Shown here: positions 59,534 to 64,000 of the stretch, in pieces
How the letters are laid out: every line of letters begins with the position of its first letter
Position numbering within the stretch: the first letter of the stretch is position 1
DNA from: an uncultured Verrucomicrobiae bacterium
Lineage (GTDB): Bacteria > Verrucomicrobiota > Verrucomicrobiia > Chthoniobacterales > JAFAMB01
Length of the DNA: 64,000 nucleotides
Direction of reading: 5' to 3'
Assembly (NCBI GenBank): GCA_963837955.1
Contig: CAWIPH010000002.1
Location: 3,136,001 to 3,200,000 of the forward strand
Translations under genes and position numbers: made by a program
The notes under the pieces: generated by a model
Seen by the model: the letters and a program-made list of their open reading frames with translations, nothing else
Told to the model about the DNA's origin: nothing
Database searches by the model: none

Positions 59534-60754
59534 TCAAATCCCGGAACCAAAGACTCGCTGCGTGGGCTTCGGTAAACGGTCGACAATTCGCTGACCGATC
59601 GCGAGCGAAGCGGTCGCGGCAGGTGAAGGTGCATTCAACACGTGGGTGGAGCGCTCCCCCTCCAATATCAAAAAATCATCGACCATTGAACCATCAAAGC
59701 GCACCGCTTGCGCGCGGATACCGGAATCCGCCGGCTGCAGATCCTCTATTCGGATTGCCGGGACTAACCGCTGCACGGCATCCAAGAATCGGCGCTTGCT
59801 CAGCGCTCGGAGGATTTCGGAGATCCCGGTGTTCCAAAACCGCGCAGCTAAGTGCCAAGTCCCCGGAAATAACAAGATCTCTGCCGCATCACCGGCGTTA
59901 AGCCCTAATTTTCCATAGTTTTCCCGAGCAAGCGCTGGAACCGCGCTCGGGCCCGCGTGTACCGTATCGTCAATCCCCCGAGTAAGATGGACACCTAAGA
60001 AAGGGAACGAGGGGTTTGGCACCGGATAGACGAGCGCTTTCACCAATCGCTCTGCTTTTTCGGATAATTCGAAGTAATCTCCGCGGAACGGAATGATTCG
60101 GACCGGAAGCGAGTTAAGTTGCAAACGAGCAACTCGATCGCTTTGCAATCCTGCGCAGTTTATCAGGTGCGCAGCACTCAACACGTCACCGGACGTTCGA
60201 ATGTGCAACTCGGAGGCGCTGCTGCCGATCGATTCGACGCGCCGGTTCAACAGGATCGAGCCGCCGGCGCTCTGGATTAATTCCAGCAGTTTTTGGCAGA
60301 CTTGCCGAAAATCTACCACAGCTGTCGTTGGCACGTGCAATGCCCTGATCGCATTCACGTGCGGTTCGATCTCCAAGGCTTCCTCTCGTCCAATCTCGCG
60401 CACCGGGACTCCATTAGCCTTTGCCCGACCAGCCAGTGTGGCCAGTCCGGGTAATTCGCCCTCTTTAGTAGCGACGATGATCTTGCCGGTTACTTTAACC
60501 GGAATGCCATGCTCCTGGCAAAAACTGATCATCTCCGCGGCGCCCTTGCGGCAGAGCTCGGCCTTGGCGCTACCGGGCGCATAATAGATTCCCGAATGAA
60601 TAACACCACTATTTCGACCGGTTTGATGCGCGGCGATTCGATCCTCCTTTTCCAAAATCGCGATTCGCGAACCGGGGACGCGCTTCAGGTAGGCAAAACC
60701 CACCGCTAGACCCACGATGCCCCCGCCGACAATTACGCAGTCATAGGCGCTCAT
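59534..60754 (-). CDS. lhgO: L-2-hydroxyglutarate oxidase
   Basis: GGGIVG, HQTGRNSGVIHSGIYY, PFLGVH, GIRAQA and NAPSPAATASL motifs. Confidence 0.92.
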   Translation of the reverse strand: MSAYDCVIVGGGIVGLAVGFAYLKRVPGSRIAILEKEDRIAAHQTGRNSGVIHSGIYYAPGSAKAELCRKGAAEMISFCQEHGIPVKVTGKIIVATKEGELPGLATLAGRAKANGVPVREIGREEALEIEPHVNAIRALHVPTTAVVDFRQVCQKLLELIQSAGGSILLNRRVESIGSSASELHIRTSGDVLSAAHLINCAGLQSDRVARLQLNSLPVRIIPFRGDYFELSEKAERLVKALVYPVPNPSFPFLGVHLTRGIDDTVHAGPSAVPALARENYGKLGLNAGDAAEILLFPGTWHLAARFWNTGISEILRALSKRRFLDAVQRLVPAIRIEDLQPADSGIRAQAVRFDGSMVDDFLILEGERSTHVLNAPSPAATASLAIGQRIVDRLPKPTQRVFGSGI

Positions 60755-61153
60755 AATCTAGTGGACTGTATCATAGGACTCCGCCACGCGGTTGCTCGGC
60801 GGCGCGGCGGAAAGCCTCGATTTTCCTCGCCGGATCTCATCGAAATTGTTTTATTCCGTTTCGTAGTGTTTGTTCTCTCGTCCTCCAATGTGGGCAAGGC
60901 GAATCGACGAAAGTATGAATTTGCGCATCTCTCATCACGATTGCGGCGCACGTTGCTTTCAGAGAGCGCATTTGCCCGGCTTCCCGATCGCCGGCCCCAA
61001 GTTGGCTTGGAGCTAAAACGATCGCGGCTGGGAATAAAAGTTAAAACCAGCGTTCCTAGTAACAAGGATTGGCTACGAGTCTGAACTACGGTTCGGGGCT
61101 CACAGCCATCCGCTGTTGCATCCATAATCCAAAATCGAACCTAGAATCTAGAA

Positions 61154-61435
61154 ATGATCAAACCATCCAAAGCACTTATTGCCGGTGCAGCTATCGCCGG
61201 TCTTCTTACCGGTTCAGTGGCCGCTCGAGCTTATGCGGCGAGCACCACTCCGAGCAAGGCGGGCGTTGCTATCCAAACGTTAGACGCCGAAAAGGGCAAG
61301 CATGCTTGCAAAGGCAAGAATAGCTGTAAAGGACAAGGCGGCTGCAAAACTGGCGACAATAGTTGCAAGGGTAAGAACTCTTGCAAGGGCAAAGGCGGCT
61401 GCGCGACCGACGGCAGCAAACCCCCGAAGGCTTAA
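61154..61435 (+). CDS. Secreted Cys-rich RiPP precursor, bufferin-type (BufA2-like)
   Basis: Signal peptide, then two CKGKNSCKGxGGC repeats (6 Cys); neighbours DoxX and DUF692. Confidence 0.82.
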   Translation: MIKPSKALIAGAAIAGLLTGSVAARAYAASTTPSKAGVAIQTLDAEKGKHACKGKNSCKGQGGCKTGDNSCKGKNSCKGKGGCATDGSKPPKA

Positions 61436-61452
61436 TAACTACCTACTCTGAT

Positions 61453-61491
61453 AAGGTTCCCCTGCTGATCAGAATCAGTATGGGGAACCTT
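61453..61491 (+). terminator. Stem-loop after the precursor gene
   Basis: AAGGTTCCCC-TGCTGAT-CAGA-ATCAGTA-T-GGGGAACCTT. Confidence 0.65.
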
Positions 61492-61700
61492 CTATTTCCA
61501 GCTTGGATTTGGCCGTCCCTGACAGGTCAATTCAGATAAAGAATTGACGGTTGAATATTCGGCTAAACCGTGTCCTGTCCCGCCTCTCCAATTTCGAGAG
61601 CGGTGCGCCAGATCCGAAATTTCTAGTTCGTTTGGAATCGTCGAGTGCTGTTCTGTCTCTACTGAGTGTCTAAAATCCAAACAACTAGCCTAGCCTCAAC

Positions 61701-62204
61701 ATGAATCCTTTCATCCAATCGGTGGCCGATAAATATCGACTGCTGGTCTCTCTGCTCAATTCTTTGCAGGCGCCATTTCTCCTGATATTAAGAGTCTATT
61801 TCTTCTGGCAGCTGTTCCTGGCCGGCAAAGGCAAGCTTCTTAACATCGCAAAAGTCTCGGAGTTCTTCGCGAGCCTTGGAATCCCGCTGCCCACTCTGAA
61901 TGCCTACTTCATAGGCTCGCTCGAATGTTTCGGTAGCTTGTTGCTGATTGTCGGCTTGGCGTCGCGACCTCTGGCTCTTTTGATCGTGGTTGCGATGATT
62001 GTCGCCTACCTAACGGCTGATATTGAGTCCGTGACCAAATTGTTCAGCTTTTACCCACATCCGCATCAGTTTTTTAAGGCAGCTCCATTCCCTTTTTTGC
62101 TCGCCGCGCTGGTCATTCTGGCGTTTGGTCCAGGAAAGATCTCTCTCGATGCCATCATCGCAAAATGGTTTTGCCAAAAGAGGGGGTCTCTGTCAGAGCA
62201 GTAA
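61701..62204 (+). CDS. DoxX family membrane protein
   Basis: LILR..F...F.AG.GK, FASLGIPLP, E..G.LLL.VGLASR and GPGKISLD motifs. Confidence 0.9.
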   Translation: MNPFIQSVADKYRLLVSLLNSLQAPFLLILRVYFFWQLFLAGKGKLLNIAKVSEFFASLGIPLPTLNAYFIGSLECFGSLLLIVGLASRPLALLIVVAMIVAYLTADIESVTKLFSFYPHPHQFFKAAPFPFLLAALVILAFGPGKISLDAIIAKWFCQKRGSLSEQ

Positions 62205-62234
62205 AGACTCCCCGATCGAGCAAGTCAAAGGCCC

Positions 62235-63020
62235 ATGTTGCTTAAGACAGAACGAAAACGGCCCGAAGAGTGGTCACTTCATCGCGCTAAGGCTAAGCAA
62301 AGCTGGATGGTGCCGTTCCTGGCTTTCGAGTGGGTCTGGGAGTGGCTGGCCTACTGGCTTAGCGGCTGGGCGTTCATTGAAGTGCTGGAATACGTTCAAA
62401 CGCTGGGGATAATGGTTGCGATCATCTTTTATTTTGCCGATAGCGGAAATCGAACCAAGCAAAAGAACTATCAAGCTTGGCAGGTCATCAACACCGCTCA
62501 GGGCAAAGGAGGCAGCGGCGGCCGAGTCGAAGCTTTAGAAGAGCTTCTCCAAGACAAGGTCTCTTTGGTTGGACTGGATGTTAGCGACGCATACTTGTTC
62601 AGGGTGCGCCTTGATAAAGCGCGCTTAGATCGAAGCAACTTTCATGGCACGGACGCCCGGGGTGGAAGCTTCGAGAAAGCGAAAATGGAATCTTCCGATT
62701 TCACTTCAGCCAATGTACGGGGCGGCAACTTTGCCAAGGCAGATCTAAGAAATGCGGTTCTCAAGGACGCAGATTTAATGGGAGCTAATCTCACTGAGGC
62801 GGATCTTGGGGGCGCGGACCTCAGTCGAGTGGATCTACGGGACGCTGACTTGCGCGGGGTCAAATGGAAAGACATTCGAACCATCAAATTGGCCAACGTT
62901 TACGGTGTCCGTAACGCTCCGGATGGCTTTCTCAGTTGGGCCCTGGGCCAGGGCGCTGTTGCCATAGAAAGCGATAGGGACTGGTATGCCAAGCTGAATG
63001 AGGAACCGGCTGAACAATGA
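62235..63020 (+). CDS. Membrane-anchored pentapeptide-repeat protein
   Basis: Trp-rich/TM N-terminus, then A(D/N)Lxx repeats (ADLRN AVLKD ADLMG ANLTE ADLGG ADLSR). Confidence 0.88.
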   Translation: MLLKTERKRPEEWSLHRAKAKQSWMVPFLAFEWVWEWLAYWLSGWAFIEVLEYVQTLGIMVAIIFYFADSGNRTKQKNYQAWQVINTAQGKGGSGGRVEALEELLQDKVSLVGLDVSDAYLFRVRLDKARLDRSNFHGTDARGGSFEKAKMESSDFTSANVRGGNFAKADLRNAVLKDADLMGANLTEADLGGADLSRVDLRDADLRGVKWKDIRTIKLANVYGVRNAPDGFLSWALGQGAVAIESDRDWYAKLNEEPAEQ

Positions 63021-63535
63021 TTCGGACGCGTCTCCAACTCGGCCGGCCGCGGACAAGTAGCCTGATGCTTCCTCCTTCGTTCCCTCAACCCCAAAACTAC
63101 GGCGGACAAGCCAGCCTCAGGGAACACCTTAGTGATTGGTGAATAGTGATTAGATTAGTGAGAGGGCGGTGGGAGAATTTCTCCGAGGATTTGCCGATAG
63201 GCTCCACCAATCACTGCTCACTTCTCACAATGGCTCCGCCCTGGGTTCCTGAGCCAAGAGGATCAGGCTACACAATTACAAACGGACGCGCGGGCCGCCT
63301 TCGCAACTACGGCGCGCCCTAGCGTTGAGGTTGAGAAACACCGTAGAACCGCCCGCGACGAAGCGTTTCGCGTAGTCGGGAGCGCGTCCCTACCTTATTC
63401 GGATTCCGCAAGCATCGCTCGACCACGATTCTTCGCATCATCATGGAATAATCTGTATAGTCCTTCCATCTTAACACTGACGCACGGAGATTTCTCCCTT
63501 ACCTGAAAATCAACGAGCAACCCGATCGCGATTTT

Positions 63536-64000
63536 ATGCCAGCAAATCCATTCAACGGTTATACTGAATACGGTATCGGCATCGGCCTACGGGTACCACA
63601 TTACCGGCACATTCTAGCCAAGAAGCCGGTAGTAGACTGGTTCGAGATCATTTCCGAGAACTTCATGGTCGATGGGGGTCGACCACTTGAAGTGCTGGAT
63701 CAGATTTTGGAACAGTACCGCGTCGTCCAACATGGGGTCGCAATCTACTTTGGTTCGGCCGATAAATTTGATCGAGAACACCTCAAGCGGCTGAAACGAC
63801 TCGTCAAATACACCCAGACGCCTTGGCTTTCGGATCATCTTTGTTGGGGAAGCGTCGACGGCCGATACACCCACGATTTGTTGCCGATGCCCTACACCTT
63901 CGCCGTCGCGCGGCATACCGCCCAAAAAATCCGTGAAGCTCGCGATTATCTTGAGGTGCCGATTTGCGTCGAGAATGTCAGCAGTTACGCCGAGTATCAT
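63536..64000 (+). CDS. DUF692 multinuclear non-heme iron-dependent oxidase (MNIO), truncated by the window edge
   Basis: Manual translation MPANPFNGYTEYGIGIGLRVPHY...WFEIISENFM..GG...HGV...WLSDHLCW...THDLLPMPY...ENVSSY; open to the end of the window. Not in the ORF track. Confidence 0.93.
   Translation, partial: MPANPFNGYTEYGIGIGLRVPHYRHILAKKPVVDWFEIISENFMVDGGRPLEVLDQILEQYRVVQHGVAIYFGSADKFDREHLKRLKRLVKYTQTPWLSDHLCWGSVDGRYTHDLLPMPYTFAVARHTAQKIREARDYLEVPICVENVSSYAEYH

Noticed and set aside
60751..61125. ORFs on both strands between lhgO and the RiPP precursor
   Set aside because: No motifs, atypical composition, and they span a divergent promoter region.
63614..64000. 128-aa minus-strand ORF in the track
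   Set aside because: Antisense shadow of the DUF692 gene on the plus strand.

Overview
Bacterial chromosomal window of about 55% GC (estimated by eye). Gene content and repeat style suggest a soil Verrucomicrobiota (Chthoniobacterales-like) genome; that is inference. Most of it is housekeeping and envelope genes: chrB-chrA, an APC permease, AAA ATPase/idnO/pspA, a lipid-modification trio, adenine deaminase with a frameshifted NCS2 permease, pdxH-ogg-comB, tonB-exbB-exbD-def, an S9 peptidase, aceB-ygfZ-cyclophilin, tRNA-Tyr, a large secreted subtilase, an ArsR-SRPBCC-SRPBCC-VOC operon, a NiCoT transporter, alpha-2-macroglobulin-pbpC and lhgO. The intergenic DNA is dense in REP/REPIN-like palindromes, and mobile elements have inserted into them: an IS1182 with a 9-bp target duplication and a non-autonomous element with IS186/IS231-like ends. 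The most notable items are (1) a membrane-anchored pseudo-caspase-TIR fusion, (2) a bufferin-type MNIO (DUF692) RiPP cluster at the right edge, (3) a GIY-YIG nuclease embedded in palindromic repeats after tRNA-Tyr, and (4) PspA linked to a classical-clade AAA ATPase. The MNIO and GIY-YIG genes are both missing from the ORF track. No CRISPR array, prophage or rRNA was seen. All family calls come from motif recognition, not database searches.
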